Below are positions 9,897 to 21,277 of a stretch of 64,000 nucleotides of DNA, piece by piece. How positions within the stretch are numbered: position 1 is the first letter of the stretch; each line of letters starts with the position of its first letter. Under the pieces are notes generated by a model. That model was not told where the DNA came from. It saw only the letters and a list, made by a program, of their open reading frames with translations, and did not search any database. The stretch comes from a virus (taxonomy: Duplodnaviria; Heunggongvirae; Uroviricota; Caudoviricetes), in IMG/VR virus record IMGVR_UViG_3300042890_002891, positions 32,001 to 96,000 of that record; one strand, 5' to 3'. A program made the position numbers and the translations under genes.

Positions 9897-11266
9897 GCAA
9901 AAGCGATTTTTTATCTTCAGCCGAAAAAATGCATGCCGAGCTTGGTCCTGCCTTGTGCTTGGCCAAATGGAAACAGGTCAGTTTTCATCTACCCACAGGG
10001 CTCAATAACTCATGCTATCATCCGCCCTTGCACCGAATACCCATCGAAGACATTGGACGTAATCCTTCCGCATTGCATAACACTCCGCACAAGAAAGAAC
10101 AGCGCAAACTCATGCTGGCAGGTGTCAAACCTGCGGAGTGTAGCTATTGCTGGAACATGGAAGCACAAAACAAGCTGAGTGATAGACACTACAGATCAGG
10201 CGAGCCCTGGGCCGCAGTAGATTTTGACAAAATAAAAAGCTCAACAGGAGATGAAGATGTTATTCCCAGTTATGTGGAAGTTAATTTTAACAATGTTTGC
10301 AACCTTGCATGCAGCTATTGCAGCCCGCAGTTCTCAAGCACTTGGCAGCAAGAAACTGATCGGCACGGTGCATATCCTACTCTGGTGCCTCATAACGCTC
10401 CTGAGCATTTTTCTGGTGACCGTAAGCCCATTCCAGCCCGTGATCACAATCCTTATGTAGAAGCATTTTGGGAGTGGTGGCCCACCTTGTATCCTGAGCT
10501 GGAACACTTTAGAATGACCGGCGGCGAGCCCTTGTTGGATCGCAATACCTATAGAGTATTCGACTATGTGCTGGAGAACCCTAGTCCCAAATTACACCTG
10601 AATGTTACGTCAAACTTTAGTGTAGATGAAAAGTCATGGCAAAAATATCTAGCCTATGTGAAACAACTATGTGATGGGCGCATAGAACACTTCATGCAGT
10701 ATGTGAGTCTAGATGCCTGGGGAGCTCAAGCAGAGTACATACGTCACGGTCTGGACTTTGATCTGTTGTGGGATCGAGTTGACCAGTTTCTTACTCAAGT
10801 GCCTAGCTACAACAGCCTGACATTTATTGTCACAATGAACAATCTCAGTGTGTCAAGCCTGGACCGATTGTTGGCAGGCATACTGGAACTACGTAAAAAA
10901 CACAGTACAACATATCAGCGTGTGTGGTTTGATACTCCTGTGCTGCGTGAACCTGCATGGCAGAGCCTGCAAACACTGGGAGAATCTTATGCTGCACGGC
11001 TTGACACAGTCAAAGACTACATGGCTGCACACTTGGAAACATCTGCAAATCCATTCAAAGGTTTCAAAGACTACGAAGTGGCCAGGCTAGACAGAGACAT
11101 TGCCTGGATGCGATCAGGGCAAGCTGCGGATCAAAGTTGTAGTCAAGCAGACTTTTATCGTTTTTTCAGCGAAGCAGATCGCCGTCACGGAACAAATTTT
11201 TTACAAGTGTTTCCTGAAATGCGAGCCTGGTGGGCCGAATGTGAGTACCATGCTAGACAAAACTAA
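9893..11266 (+). CDS. Radical SAM protein with N-terminal twitch/SPASM-like Cys cluster
   Basis: CNLACSYC, TGGEP, N-terminal C..KW...SC.H..C..CW. Confidence 0.85.
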   Translation: MSKSDFLSSAEKMHAELGPALCLAKWKQVSFHLPTGLNNSCYHPPLHRIPIEDIGRNPSALHNTPHKKEQRKLMLAGVKPAECSYCWNMEAQNKLSDRHYRSGEPWAAVDFDKIKSSTGDEDVIPSYVEVNFNNVCNLACSYCSPQFSSTWQQETDRHGAYPTLVPHNAPEHFSGDRKPIPARDHNPYVEAFWEWWPTLYPELEHFRMTGGEPLLDRNTYRVFDYVLENPSPKLHLNVTSNFSVDEKSWQKYLAYVKQLCDGRIEHFMQYVSLDAWGAQAEYIRHGLDFDLLWDRVDQFLTQVPSYNSLTFIVTMNNLSVSSLDRLLAGILELRKKHSTTYQRVWFDTPVLREPAWQSLQTLGESYAARLDTVKDYMAAHLETSANPFKGFKDYEVARLDRDIAWMRSGQAADQSCSQADFYRFFSEADRRHGTNFLQVFPEMRAWWAECEYHARQN

Positions 11267-12395
11267 TCTAGTAGTAGATACATTCAGTGTTGTATACGAT
11301 TTACTAAAACCCTTTGCTAGTCAGGAGTTCTGGGAGTTTGCTGATCATGTGCCAGTCACGGGTGCAACCTATGTTATAGGACGCAAACAACTGGTAGAAA
11401 ATAGACCCAGAATCAGAGCCATGTGCGAGTCTAACCAATACTGCATGGTGTTTGACGGTGCTGCTGAAGGATCCTGGACACTGATAGAACAAATACGCAT
11501 GTTGGGCATAGAAGATCTTGTGTTGAGCAAGCAACTGCTGATACTCAGTGGCGGTGTCATGCCCGCTAAGTATCCTGCACTAACACATGATCATTTCTTT
11601 AATGTGATACTGGGCTATGACGAAAATCTACAGCAGATGGAACGCATGCCCGAAATTTACAATACCACATCCAAGCCTTATGATTTTTTATTCCTAAATG
11701 GGCGAGCAAGGCCACACAGAAAATACCTGTGGGAACGATTGAATCAACTGGGCCTGCTGGATCGGGCAATATGGTCCATGCTCGATGGAAGGCCCACGCT
11801 CAAAGGCACAGAGCTAACGCTCATGTCCGGCAGTGTCGATTTAATGACCACAGTGACACCTATACGTCAACTGGATTCCCAATACGAAGTTGCACGATAC
11901 CAAAACAATTCAGTGGAGATAACCGAACCCAAACGGCAATTTATCAAGCAAGACATGTTTCACAACACCTGGGGTGAAATTTATCTACAAACCGAACCCT
12001 ATGCTGATACCTACTTTAGTCTGGTCACAGAAACCATATGCGAACACGGCAACAGTTTTCGAACTGAAAAGATTGCCAAACCGCTGGCACAAGGACATCC
12101 GTGGATCGTGGCAAGCAATGCTGGATTTTATCGTGATCTTCGCAACTTGGGATTTCAAACATTCGGGCATGTGATAGACGAGTCGTTTGATTTGATTGAC
12201 AACACCCAAGATAGACTCAATCGAATTGTCGAAATTGTACAGGATCTTTGCAGTCAAGACCTTGCAAAATTTCTCAATGAGTGTTACACTGTATGTAAAT
12301 ACAATCAACAACATCTCGGTGAGTATCGAGAGCAACTACGCCGCGACTTTCCCCAGCGGTTGTTTGATTTTTTACAAGAGCATACCCTTCAGTGA
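11250..12395 (+). CDS. GT-B-like family protein, paralogue 2
   Basis: LVTET...RTEKIAKP...LRNLGFQTF..IDESFD; start moved to ATG 11250. Confidence 0.55.
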   Translation: MLDKTNLVVDTFSVVYDLLKPFASQEFWEFADHVPVTGATYVIGRKQLVENRPRIRAMCESNQYCMVFDGAAEGSWTLIEQIRMLGIEDLVLSKQLLILSGGVMPAKYPALTHDHFFNVILGYDENLQQMERMPEIYNTTSKPYDFLFLNGRARPHRKYLWERLNQLGLLDRAIWSMLDGRPTLKGTELTLMSGSVDLMTTVTPIRQLDSQYEVARYQNNSVEITEPKRQFIKQDMFHNTWGEIYLQTEPYADTYFSLVTETICEHGNSFRTEKIAKPLAQGHPWIVASNAGFYRDLRNLGFQTFGHVIDESFDLIDNTQDRLNRIVEIVQDLCSQDLAKFLNECYTVCKYNQQHLGEYREQLRRDFPQRLFDFLQEHTLQ

Positions 12396-13729
12396 ATGAT
12401 TTAGAATTTAAACGCACAGTGCTAGACCCACTGAGTGAGAGTTTTTGTGCAGCGAAATGGTACAATGCTACCATTTGGTTAGGAAGTGGACAGACCACAA
12501 GTTGTCATCACCCGCCAGCCCATTTGGTCGACAAAGATAAAGTCAGTATCAACCCTAGGCTGCTGCACAATACTGATCAGAAGAAAGACGACCGTCGCCG
12601 GATGATTGCAGGCGAGCGTCCTGCAGGTTGCGAATACTGCTGGAAGATCGAAGACATGGGTCGAGATGCTGTGAGCGACCGCGTATACAAAAGCAAGATT
12701 TATCCTATTACCACACTGAAAGAAGCATATGAAACTCCACCAGATCAAGACGTTAATTTACGCACTCTTGAAATCGCCTTTGACCGCACTTGTCAGTTTG
12801 CTTGTAGTTATTGTAACCCTGCTTTCAGTAGCACCTGGGTACGAGATATTAAAAATAATGGCCCGTACATAGGATTGGTTAGTGATGGTCGTAATCACTT
12901 TACGCATGGGCATGATAGCTCACAACTGTATAGCTTTAATGAAACTAATCCCTATGTCGAAGCGTTCTTTAAGTGGTGGGAAACGGATCTACATAAAACA
13001 CTCCAGGAGCTGAGAATAACAGGTGGTGAACCGCTAATGTCGGGTTATACCTGGAAGCTGATTGACTGGTTCAAACAGAACCAAGGTCGCAGCACAACCC
13101 GGTTGGCTATCAATTCAAACCTAGGCTTTGATTCACACAAACTACAGGAGTTTGTCACAGCAATTGAATCATTGCCGCATGTGGAACTTTACACATCCAT
13201 GGAAGCGGTGGGTACTCAAGCTGAATACATTCGTGACGGTCTGGACTATGCTCAGTGGTTGGCCAATGTACACACTCTGTTACAGAGTCGTGCAGTAAAA
13301 ACTCTGCATGTGATGTGTACTATAAATGCCTTGTGCCTGAACAGCTTGCCCGAGTTGCTGAATCAACTCATGGATCTAAAACGATTGTATGGTCGCGATC
13401 AAGTGAGCTTTACCTTGAATATTCTACGCTTTCCCAGCTTTCAGTCAGCCCTGGTGTTGCCCGAAGATATTCGCACCGGCTATAGAGTTGTGCTGGAAGA
13501 ATGGCTGTACAAGAATCGTGCCAACCCGTGGCTGCATGAGCATGAAGTAAATCACACACAGCGTCTGATTGATTACCTAGATGTGGTCAAGACACCGCAC
13601 TCGGACGCTTTTGAACAGCCCAAACTGCTGAATGACTTCCGTGAATTCTATTCTCAATACAACGGCCGCAGAGACAAGAACTTTGGCGCCGCATTTCCTA
13701 AATTAGCCGCATGGTATGACACATTATGA
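12392..13729 (+). CDS. Radical SAM protein (twitch-type)
   Basis: CQFACSYC, TGGEP. Confidence 0.85.
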   Translation: MNDLEFKRTVLDPLSESFCAAKWYNATIWLGSGQTTSCHHPPAHLVDKDKVSINPRLLHNTDQKKDDRRRMIAGERPAGCEYCWKIEDMGRDAVSDRVYKSKIYPITTLKEAYETPPDQDVNLRTLEIAFDRTCQFACSYCNPAFSSTWVRDIKNNGPYIGLVSDGRNHFTHGHDSSQLYSFNETNPYVEAFFKWWETDLHKTLQELRITGGEPLMSGYTWKLIDWFKQNQGRSTTRLAINSNLGFDSHKLQEFVTAIESLPHVELYTSMEAVGTQAEYIRDGLDYAQWLANVHTLLQSRAVKTLHVMCTINALCLNSLPELLNQLMDLKRLYGRDQVSFTLNILRFPSFQSALVLPEDIRTGYRVVLEEWLYKNRANPWLHEHEVNHTQRLIDYLDVVKTPHSDAFEQPKLLNDFREFYSQYNGRRDKNFGAAFPKLAAWYDTL

Positions 13730-15441
13730 CCTTGAATGAAAAAATAACAGAATTACAATCTCAGTACGATGTATTGGCCGTGATTGATCTTGACCCTTGG
13801 CATGATTTAAATATCTATAATAAAAAGCCCTGGATGATAAAAACAGTTCAATCGGTACATAGAGATTATTATGATACCACTCAACGAATATTATTTACAA
13901 TGTCGCGTGGTGACATATATGAAGATGTTGAACAATCGGCAGGGCAATTGCTAACACAACTACAGCACAGACTCAATGACATTGACATATCTAATTTTTT
14001 TGTCATCTTGCTGACCAATGATGTTACTGTGCGCAATGCTTATACGGCTAACTACCAGTCTCTTTCTAAAGATTCAGTCCCTTTTACAATTGAAGTTTAT
14101 ACGGTTGAACACACGGATCGTCGGCCACAAGATAAAATGACCAAAAATATAAAACCAGGCAGTTATCAATACAATTATCTAGGTCCAATGAGAGTTGATA
14201 TAGAAGATCTCACCGAACAAGAACAATTCTTACTGACCAAAAGTTCTACGTTTTGCATGTATCCCTGGATGCATTTTCATGCCTATCCCACTGGAGCAGC
14301 ATATCCATGTTGCCAGGCAGATATGGAATTTTCTATTGGAGACATGAGAAAGAATACTATCAAGGAAATATGGAACCAAGAACCGATAAAAAAAATACGT
14401 AATCAGATGCTGAATGAACAATCTGTTTCGGCGTGTAACAGGTGCTACGAGCAAGAGTCGGCGGGATTTGTCAGTGGAAGAATGAGTGCCAACAAACATC
14501 ACGGACATCTTATCAATCGAGTACATGAAACTGAACCTGATGGAACTCTAGACAGATTTGAGTTGACCTACTGGGACATAAGATTTTCAAATCTCTGTAA
14601 TCTAAGTTGCCGCAGTTGTGGCCATATTTTTTCAAGTTCTTGGTACAAGGATCAAGCCAAACTAGCCGGCCCTGACTGGAAAAAAACACACAAGGTGTTG
14701 AACTATGCTGGTAGATTTGAAACTGATGCATGGGATCAATTAGTGGATCATATTGAGCATGTTGAACAGATCTACTTTGCCGGCGGCGAACCATTGCTCA
14801 TGGAAGAACACTATAAGATTCTAGACGAACTGGTGCGACAAAAAAAGTTCAATGTACGATTAATATACAACACTAATTTCACGCATACCAATCTCAAAGA
14901 TAAGAGTGTATTTGAATATTGGAAATTGTTTGATTCAGTTAGTGTAGGTGCCAGTCTAGACGCTAGCGGTGCTCGCGGTGAATACATACGCAAGGGTACC
15001 AGCTGGACAGTGGTAGAACAAAACCGTCGAAAAATGATTGAAATCTGCCCTGCTGTAGACTTTTATATCAGTCCCACACTCAGCATAATGAATGCTCTAC
15101 ACTTGCCAGACTTTCACAAAGATTGGGTTGCAAAAGGCCTGATTCGAGCACAGGATCTCAATGTAAACATTCTGCAAGATCCTGCACATTACAGAATAGA
15201 CATAGCACCTGCTGAATACAAAGGTATATTGCTAGCCCGATATCGCGAACACATTGAATGGCTTCGCGGGCAAGATCCATTACAGCGAGCCACAGTGGGA
15301 TTCGAATCGGCTATCACCTACATGACAGCCACAGACAACACACACCTACTGGATACATTCTGGCGCAAAACACATGAACTGGATGGTATTCGTAACGAAC
15401 GTATGCTGGACATTATTCCTGAATTGTCGGCACTCAGATGA
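13726..15441 (+). CDS. Radical SAM protein (twitch-type) with extra N-terminal domain
   Basis: CNLSCRSC, AGGEP, FCMYPW...YPCC. Confidence 0.85.
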   Translation: MTLNEKITELQSQYDVLAVIDLDPWHDLNIYNKKPWMIKTVQSVHRDYYDTTQRILFTMSRGDIYEDVEQSAGQLLTQLQHRLNDIDISNFFVILLTNDVTVRNAYTANYQSLSKDSVPFTIEVYTVEHTDRRPQDKMTKNIKPGSYQYNYLGPMRVDIEDLTEQEQFLLTKSSTFCMYPWMHFHAYPTGAAYPCCQADMEFSIGDMRKNTIKEIWNQEPIKKIRNQMLNEQSVSACNRCYEQESAGFVSGRMSANKHHGHLINRVHETEPDGTLDRFELTYWDIRFSNLCNLSCRSCGHIFSSSWYKDQAKLAGPDWKKTHKVLNYAGRFETDAWDQLVDHIEHVEQIYFAGGEPLLMEEHYKILDELVRQKKFNVRLIYNTNFTHTNLKDKSVFEYWKLFDSVSVGASLDASGARGEYIRKGTSWTVVEQNRRKMIEICPAVDFYISPTLSIMNALHLPDFHKDWVAKGLIRAQDLNVNILQDPAHYRIDIAPAEYKGILLARYREHIEWLRGQDPLQRATVGFESAITYMTATDNTHLLDTFWRKTHELDGIRNERMLDIIPELSALR

Positions 15442-16208
15442 ATATGTTTGGGTCATCTTATAAAAACTTGCTGGTGTCAGGGTGTAGTTTTACGCATAAC
15501 AATTATCATACTCCGGTTTCATGGGCAAACAATCTAGCACACTGGGCCGGATTAAACATTCACAATTTGGCAATACCAGGGGCTGGCAACACACATATCA
15601 AAAACAGCATTATATTATGGCTTGAACAACACAAACCCAATCCCAAGGACCTATTGATTATGGTCATGTGGAGCGGAATCGAGCGTGTGGATTGGATAAC
15701 TGATCCAACACTTAGCAACTTTAAAAAGGCATACCAATTTACCTATGATTATTCAGACTGCACTGAATTAGTAGTAGGTGGCAATTGGTGGGCAAATCGT
15801 CAAGTATCACTGGTAGAACAAGCTCTTAAAGAATATACAAAATTTCAAAACAATCAAAGTTTGGCATTGACTTCCTGGCTAGCCATGACACAGTTAACTG
15901 ATTATCTCAGACAAAGAGATTATACGTTTTACTACACTGCCTACCAGAATTTATGGTGTGAGGGTGATAAAACCAATCAATGGATCAACTATGGCATAGA
16001 ACTTGAAAAACTTAATCTGATATTAGATAATGCTCCTTGGTTGTTTTTTGATCACAAGCATTTTCTAGGAACATGGGTAAAAACACATAATCATCTGTGG
16101 GAAGATAATCTACATCCTTCACATATAGGACACGAACTATGGTGTCAAGAAGTGTTGATACCGTTGCTGATAGAAAAAAAAGCGTTATATGAACTTACCA
16201 CACAATAA
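15438..16208 (+). CDS. SGNH/GDSL hydrolase-like protein
   Basis: GCSFT, GAGN, DNLHP. Confidence 0.65.
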   Translation: MNMFGSSYKNLLVSGCSFTHNNYHTPVSWANNLAHWAGLNIHNLAIPGAGNTHIKNSIILWLEQHKPNPKDLLIMVMWSGIERVDWITDPTLSNFKKAYQFTYDYSDCTELVVGGNWWANRQVSLVEQALKEYTKFQNNQSLALTSWLAMTQLTDYLRQRDYTFYYTAYQNLWCEGDKTNQWINYGIELEKLNLILDNAPWLFFDHKHFLGTWVKTHNHLWEDNLHPSHIGHELWCQEVLIPLLIEKKALYELTTQ

Positions 16209-17403
16209 ATTTTGTATATTACCTTGGATCAGCTTAGAAGCTAGTCCAATTGGCACTGTGCGACCTTGCTGCCTAGCCGATGACGAAATTTTGGACAACA
16301 ACGGAAACAAGTTTGAATTATCTACTGCCAATTTTGTTGACATACAAACCAGTGATCACATGCGTGATTTACGCATTAAATTCTTAGCAGGGAGCCGGCC
16401 CGAAACATGTAGAAAATGTTGGAATGAAGAAGATGCAGGACGCAAATCAAAACGAATGCATACCCTAGATCGCCTTAAACACTCTTTAAGAGATGAGCCC
16501 TGGACTACAGATGCCAGGCCATTGATGTTCCTGGATCTCAAACTGGGCAACATCTGCAATTTAAAATGTCGCATATGCGGTCCCTGGAGTTCAAGTCAGT
16601 TTGCCACAGAAGAATTGAACTTCATGCCGCGGGCAGAACAAAAAAGTTCTCATGCATATCAAATGCTGCGAGCCGGTGCCTGGCCCCGAGAAAATGAACA
16701 ATTCTGGAGCCAGATTGACAGTGTGCTAACAGACATACGCTATATAGAATTCACCGGTGGCGAGCCCTTTATGATCGCTGAACACTTTGCAATGCTGCAA
16801 GGTATTGTGGATCGCGGAATTGCACATCAAGTTGAAATTCATTACAACACAAATGGTACTCAATATCCAGAAAAGGCGCATGAAATATGGCGTCATTTCA
16901 AAACAGTAGAAATTGCATTCTCAATTGATGACCTGAATCAACGCTTTGAATATCAGCGCACCAATGCTGTGTGGACTGAAGTGTGTGACAATCTACAACG
17001 CTTTAGACAACTGCGCACACAATATCCCAACATTCAACTACAGTGTTGCTCAACTGTGAATGTGTTCAATGTGCGTTACATAGATCAGCTGGCCTGGTGG
17101 ATCCAGGATCAGAAATTTAATTATGTGTACTGGAATATCATGCACGATGCCTGGTACTTTAGTATCTCTACTCTGCCAGATTCAGCTAAAACTGCTATCA
17201 CACACTATTTGAAATTTAATGCTGGACCGGCCCGCTACCAACAAGATATCAATGGTGTGATTGATTTCATGAATCATGGAGCCAGCACAGATGGGGTTAT
17301 GCTGAGATCAAATATAGCAGATCTGGACCGCAAAAGAAATCAAGACTTTGCTGTGATCTGTCCCGAAATGGCTCAGTTGATTGAGTACAAGTTCAATGGC
17401 TAA
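16189..17403 (+). CDS. Radical SAM protein (twitch-type)
   Basis: CNLKCRIC, TGGEP. Confidence 0.85.
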   Translation: MNLPHNKFCILPWISLEASPIGTVRPCCLADDEILDNNGNKFELSTANFVDIQTSDHMRDLRIKFLAGSRPETCRKCWNEEDAGRKSKRMHTLDRLKHSLRDEPWTTDARPLMFLDLKLGNICNLKCRICGPWSSSQFATEELNFMPRAEQKSSHAYQMLRAGAWPRENEQFWSQIDSVLTDIRYIEFTGGEPFMIAEHFAMLQGIVDRGIAHQVEIHYNTNGTQYPEKAHEIWRHFKTVEIAFSIDDLNQRFEYQRTNAVWTEVCDNLQRFRQLRTQYPNIQLQCCSTVNVFNVRYIDQLAWWIQDQKFNYVYWNIMHDAWYFSISTLPDSAKTAITHYLKFNAGPARYQQDINGVIDFMNHGASTDGVMLRSNIADLDRKRNQDFAVICPEMAQLIEYKFNG

Positions 17404-18295
17404 ACTGGTATTGCAACCGGAACAATTTACCAGTTTTACAAGCTGGTATCTGGAACCGTTGTGGCAAGAATATTTCAATATTGAGACTTACGATGAATCT
17501 AAGACCTACAGTAAAAATTCATTGTTTGTGTTCTGGTGGATGAATGCTCGAGACCCATTGGCAAATCAACTGTTGAATCGAGGTTATAAAGTTATTGTTG
17601 ATAATTTATGGGAAGAGCCTAATACTTCATTTGCCCGGTTTTATCAACTGTCAAACGCAAACTGGTTCAGATGGAACGAAGCATTATGGTGGCAAGCTCT
17701 AGGATATCATCAATACAGCGCAGAAAAAACCTATAAAAAAATTGCATTGATGCCCATACACAGAGTTAGTCCACGTCGTGACCGAATTGTTGAAGAATTA
17801 CATCCCTGGCTAGAACACATGTTGTGGAGTTACAAAAATAACAGACTGCCCAATGATGAATATACCATTGACAATTTAGACGTTAATCAACGTTTTATGA
17901 ATCCGCAATGGTATAATGATACCTGTATAAATTTAGTAGTGGAAACTGCCCAGCATGGTCAACTTTTTCGTCTGACAGATAAAACCTACAAGTCATGTGC
18001 TTTTTATCAGCCCATGTTGATAATAGGGCAATCAGATTCGTTGACATTTCTAAGAGACCAAGGGTTTGAAACATTTGATAATATATTTGACGAAAGCTAT
18101 GATCAGGAATCTAATTTTGAAAAAAGATTAAAACTAGTGATAGAAAATCTAAGTCTAGTCACACAGGAGCCATATTCTCCAATTACCTGGCAAAAACTAC
18201 AGCACAATCACAATCATTTTTTCAATGAACAATTATGTAAACAAGGTATAATAACACAAATCATTGAACCTCTAATAGAATATGCAGAATCTTGA
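17396..18295 (+). CDS. GT-B-like family protein, paralogue 3
   Basis: LVVET...LTDKTYK...LRDQGFETF..FDESYD. Confidence 0.55.
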   Translation: MAKLVLQPEQFTSFTSWYLEPLWQEYFNIETYDESKTYSKNSLFVFWWMNARDPLANQLLNRGYKVIVDNLWEEPNTSFARFYQLSNANWFRWNEALWWQALGYHQYSAEKTYKKIALMPIHRVSPRRDRIVEELHPWLEHMLWSYKNNRLPNDEYTIDNLDVNQRFMNPQWYNDTCINLVVETAQHGQLFRLTDKTYKSCAFYQPMLIIGQSDSLTFLRDQGFETFDNIFDESYDQESNFEKRLKLVIENLSLVTQEPYSPITWQKLQHNHNHFFNEQLCKQGIITQIIEPLIEYAES

Positions 18296-18314
18296 ATCAA
18301 GGAAACTAATTTAA

Positions 18315-18971
18315 ATGAAATACAATCGAGTTTTTGCGTTTGGAGACAGTTTTACCTATGGGCATGAATTAAGTGATTGTCCTACTAATAACTGGCCGAC
18401 TCCGAGCAATCTTTCATACGGGGGATTAGTAGCTAATAAGTTATCTGCAGAATATCATTGCCATGCCATAGGAAGCTATGCCAACAACGCAATTTCTAGA
18501 AGAATAATACAAGCACTTCCAATATTAACACAGCATGACATGGTATTAGTTATGTGGACTGCCACTGTGAGACACGAGTTACTTTTACAGGATGAAGGGT
18601 GGATAAGTCTTTTGCCAACTAGCACCATGCCAATGTCAATAGAATATTTTAAACACATTGATACAACCCCACAGTATCATATTGACAAGACTTTAAAAGA
18701 AATATACATTTCTCAACAACTTTTAACCTCAGCAGATATACCACATATCTTTATGAGTTCAATGACCGATTTGTCTCAAGGAATACAAAATCAAGAAAAT
18801 TTACTGTCAACAAAACTTGATCTTGACAAATGGATATTTCTTGACAACGGCCTTGGGTTTGTCGAATGGTCAAAAAATATATTAAATCTTCAATTTAGTG
18901 GGCATCCTCGAGATGCCGCCCATGAAGCATTAGCAAAAAAAATACTAGCCAAAATACATGACCAAACCTGA
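18315..18971 (+). CDS. SGNH/GDSL hydrolase-like protein
   Basis: FGDSFTYG ... GHP. Confidence 0.65.
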   Translation: MKYNRVFAFGDSFTYGHELSDCPTNNWPTPSNLSYGGLVANKLSAEYHCHAIGSYANNAISRRIIQALPILTQHDMVLVMWTATVRHELLLQDEGWISLLPTSTMPMSIEYFKHIDTTPQYHIDKTLKEIYISQQLLTSADIPHIFMSSMTDLSQGIQNQENLLSTKLDLDKWIFLDNGLGFVEWSKNILNLQFSGHPRDAAHEALAKKILAKIHDQT

Positions 18972-20247
18972 TTCACTATGCTTGGCCCCCTGGGTCCACA
19001 CCTATCTTTCGCCGCAGACCGAACGCAGAATGTGCTGTGCTTCGCGAGAGCCTGCACAGAATTTTGCGCAGTACATAGACACAGCCGCAGGCACAGGACG
19101 GTATATTCCCATCACACTAGAGCAACACTGGAATGGTGAACACATGCGAAGTGTGCGCAGACGCATGCTAGCTGGAGAAACCTTGCCCGAGTGCGAAGTG
19201 TGCAATGACCAACTGCTGAACACTGATGTGTACCGCACCTATTTTGAACACCTGTTCCGCCACAAACTGCCCGAAGTAATCAGCAGTACTGCCCCAGACG
19301 GCAGCACCACTATGCAGCCCGTGAGCTGGGATTATCGTTTTAGCAATCTGTGCAACTTCAAGTGTAGAATGTGCGGTGATATGTTGAGCAGCGCCTGGGA
19401 AAGCGAACAGCGTCAGCATAAAATGATTGACTGGACCAATCCCAAGAACGCCTGGATGCAGCCTGAGATTCGCCAAGAGATTGCTGTGTTTCAGGATACT
19501 CAGATTGAAAAAGAATTTTCAGATGCTGTAGAGCAACATCGTGTGGAAGAAGTGTACTGGGTAGGCGGCGAGCCCTTGATGTATGAACAGCACTGGCGCT
19601 ACATGGCTCGTATTGTGGAACTCGATGATGGCCACAGAGTATATGCCAGGTACAATACCAATCTCAGCAGAGTTGACTACGGTGGGCGTAATTTATTTCG
19701 TGATATACTGGCTCACATGCGCGATTGGCAAATATGCGCAAGTCTGGACGGAGTTGAAGCCACAGGAGAATACATTAGAACAGGACTTGACTACGATCAC
19801 TGGCTTGCGAACTTCCGTCAAGGATTAGAGTACAGTTCGCATCCAAGACAAATGCGCATAGACTTTACACTAACTCTACCGGGTATGACACAGGTCCTAG
19901 CGGTACAGCAACTAGCCCAAGAATTGGGTGTGCAACTGCTGGCCAAAGTGGTGTTTAGTTTCAGTCCAGATATCATAATGAGCCCACTGGCATTACCAAG
20001 AGAAATACTGCATCCTTGGCTGGACGAGCTGATTGATGTTACTTCAGGTGCCATGCGTGACGTGCTGGTGCAGTTGAAATCACGTCCCACATTTGACGAA
20101 CAATGGCCAGACACCTATGCTTCGGGTCTTGCAAAAGGCCGGGCATATATGTTACAATTAGAAAGCATACGCAAATCATCAACTTCGATGGCTGATATCC
20201 TGTCAGCAAGACCTGCGGTGCTAGAATGGTGGAACCAACATGCTTGA
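18958..20247 (+). CDS. Radical SAM protein (twitch-type)
   Basis: CNFKCRMC, VGGEP. Confidence 0.85.
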   Translation: MTKPDSLCLAPWVHTYLSPQTERRMCCASREPAQNFAQYIDTAAGTGRYIPITLEQHWNGEHMRSVRRRMLAGETLPECEVCNDQLLNTDVYRTYFEHLFRHKLPEVISSTAPDGSTTMQPVSWDYRFSNLCNFKCRMCGDMLSSAWESEQRQHKMIDWTNPKNAWMQPEIRQEIAVFQDTQIEKEFSDAVEQHRVEEVYWVGGEPLMYEQHWRYMARIVELDDGHRVYARYNTNLSRVDYGGRNLFRDILAHMRDWQICASLDGVEATGEYIRTGLDYDHWLANFRQGLEYSSHPRQMRIDFTLTLPGMTQVLAVQQLAQELGVQLLAKVVFSFSPDIIMSPLALPREILHPWLDELIDVTSGAMRDVLVQLKSRPTFDEQWPDTYASGLAKGRAYMLQLESIRKSSTSMADILSARPAVLEWWNQHA

Positions 20248-21277
20248 TACTATACGGATGGACCTGAGAAGCACTGACGATCAAGTGATGTCAGTGTACA
20301 TTGATGTAGAGGATAACAGTCTCTCACGCAAATGGTTGGCAGCATTGAATCAGTTGATTCAGAATCAGAATCATCTAGAAAAGAATTACTGTTGGATAGG
20401 ATGGGCAAACAGCAAACGTGATCCAGAATACATCTGTACACAAATTAATCGCAGCATACATGCTGTTAATTCAGCAGGTCTAGGATATGTTATAAAAGAC
20501 TTTTTCACTCCTGCCAACACAATTGATATCAATCTTGGTATTAATCATGCCCACATGAATCAATTACACAGATATTTTGAAGACCTTCAAGGGGTATCGG
20601 GCGCAATGAGTCCGTATTACACAGCCGCAGATGATACAACTCGTTGGCACATACGTCAGTTGAATTTGCTGTGTCATGAACTAGAAAGTCTGGTATTAAG
20701 CATTCGCAAGTTAAAAACTGCTCCTGTATGGCAGCGACCATCGCAACTGATGTGTTGGCTGCAAGCACCACGTTTTGAATTAGATGCTGAAGATTATGAA
20801 TTGTTCGGAATAGAAACAATAAATCGATCTTTGGGCGGTGTGTATGCGGGAGTAAACAAAGCTGTGGGTAAACATCATTGGGAAGTGTTCACAGACGAAG
20901 GCCGAGACAGTCGTGTGAATGAACTGGTAACCAGTACACTTAGATCACAAACTCAAGCAGCCGGCGATTTTGATATAGAATGGGCCAATGATCCGGGTGC
21001 ATTTCCGTGGCAGATTTTGGCACTCAAAGAATTTCGCGAATGGTTAGTGGCCAACGGCTTTGATCCTGAAGATAAAAGTTTGACAATTGGCCATCCTAAG
21101 GTAGCACAAGTGGATCTTGTGCGCAGCTTTGGCACAACAGATTATGAAAAAATATGGTCGCAGTTATACAAGCACCAGGATGTGCATAGAATAAGTACTA
21201 GCACCGCTACTGCAACATACGAATATCACTGGAATGATCCAGACTATGATCTACAACAAATAAGGAAATTGAAATGA
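20240..21277 (+). CDS. Hypothetical protein
   Basis: 345-aa ORF coupled on both sides. Confidence 0.75.
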   Translation: MLDTIRMDLRSTDDQVMSVYIDVEDNSLSRKWLAALNQLIQNQNHLEKNYCWIGWANSKRDPEYICTQINRSIHAVNSAGLGYVIKDFFTPANTIDINLGINHAHMNQLHRYFEDLQGVSGAMSPYYTAADDTTRWHIRQLNLLCHELESLVLSIRKLKTAPVWQRPSQLMCWLQAPRFELDAEDYELFGIETINRSLGGVYAGVNKAVGKHHWEVFTDEGRDSRVNELVTSTLRSQTQAAGDFDIEWANDPGAFPWQILALKEFREWLVANGFDPEDKSLTIGHPKVAQVDLVRSFGTTDYEKIWSQLYKHQDVHRISTSTATATYEYHWNDPDYDLQQIRKLK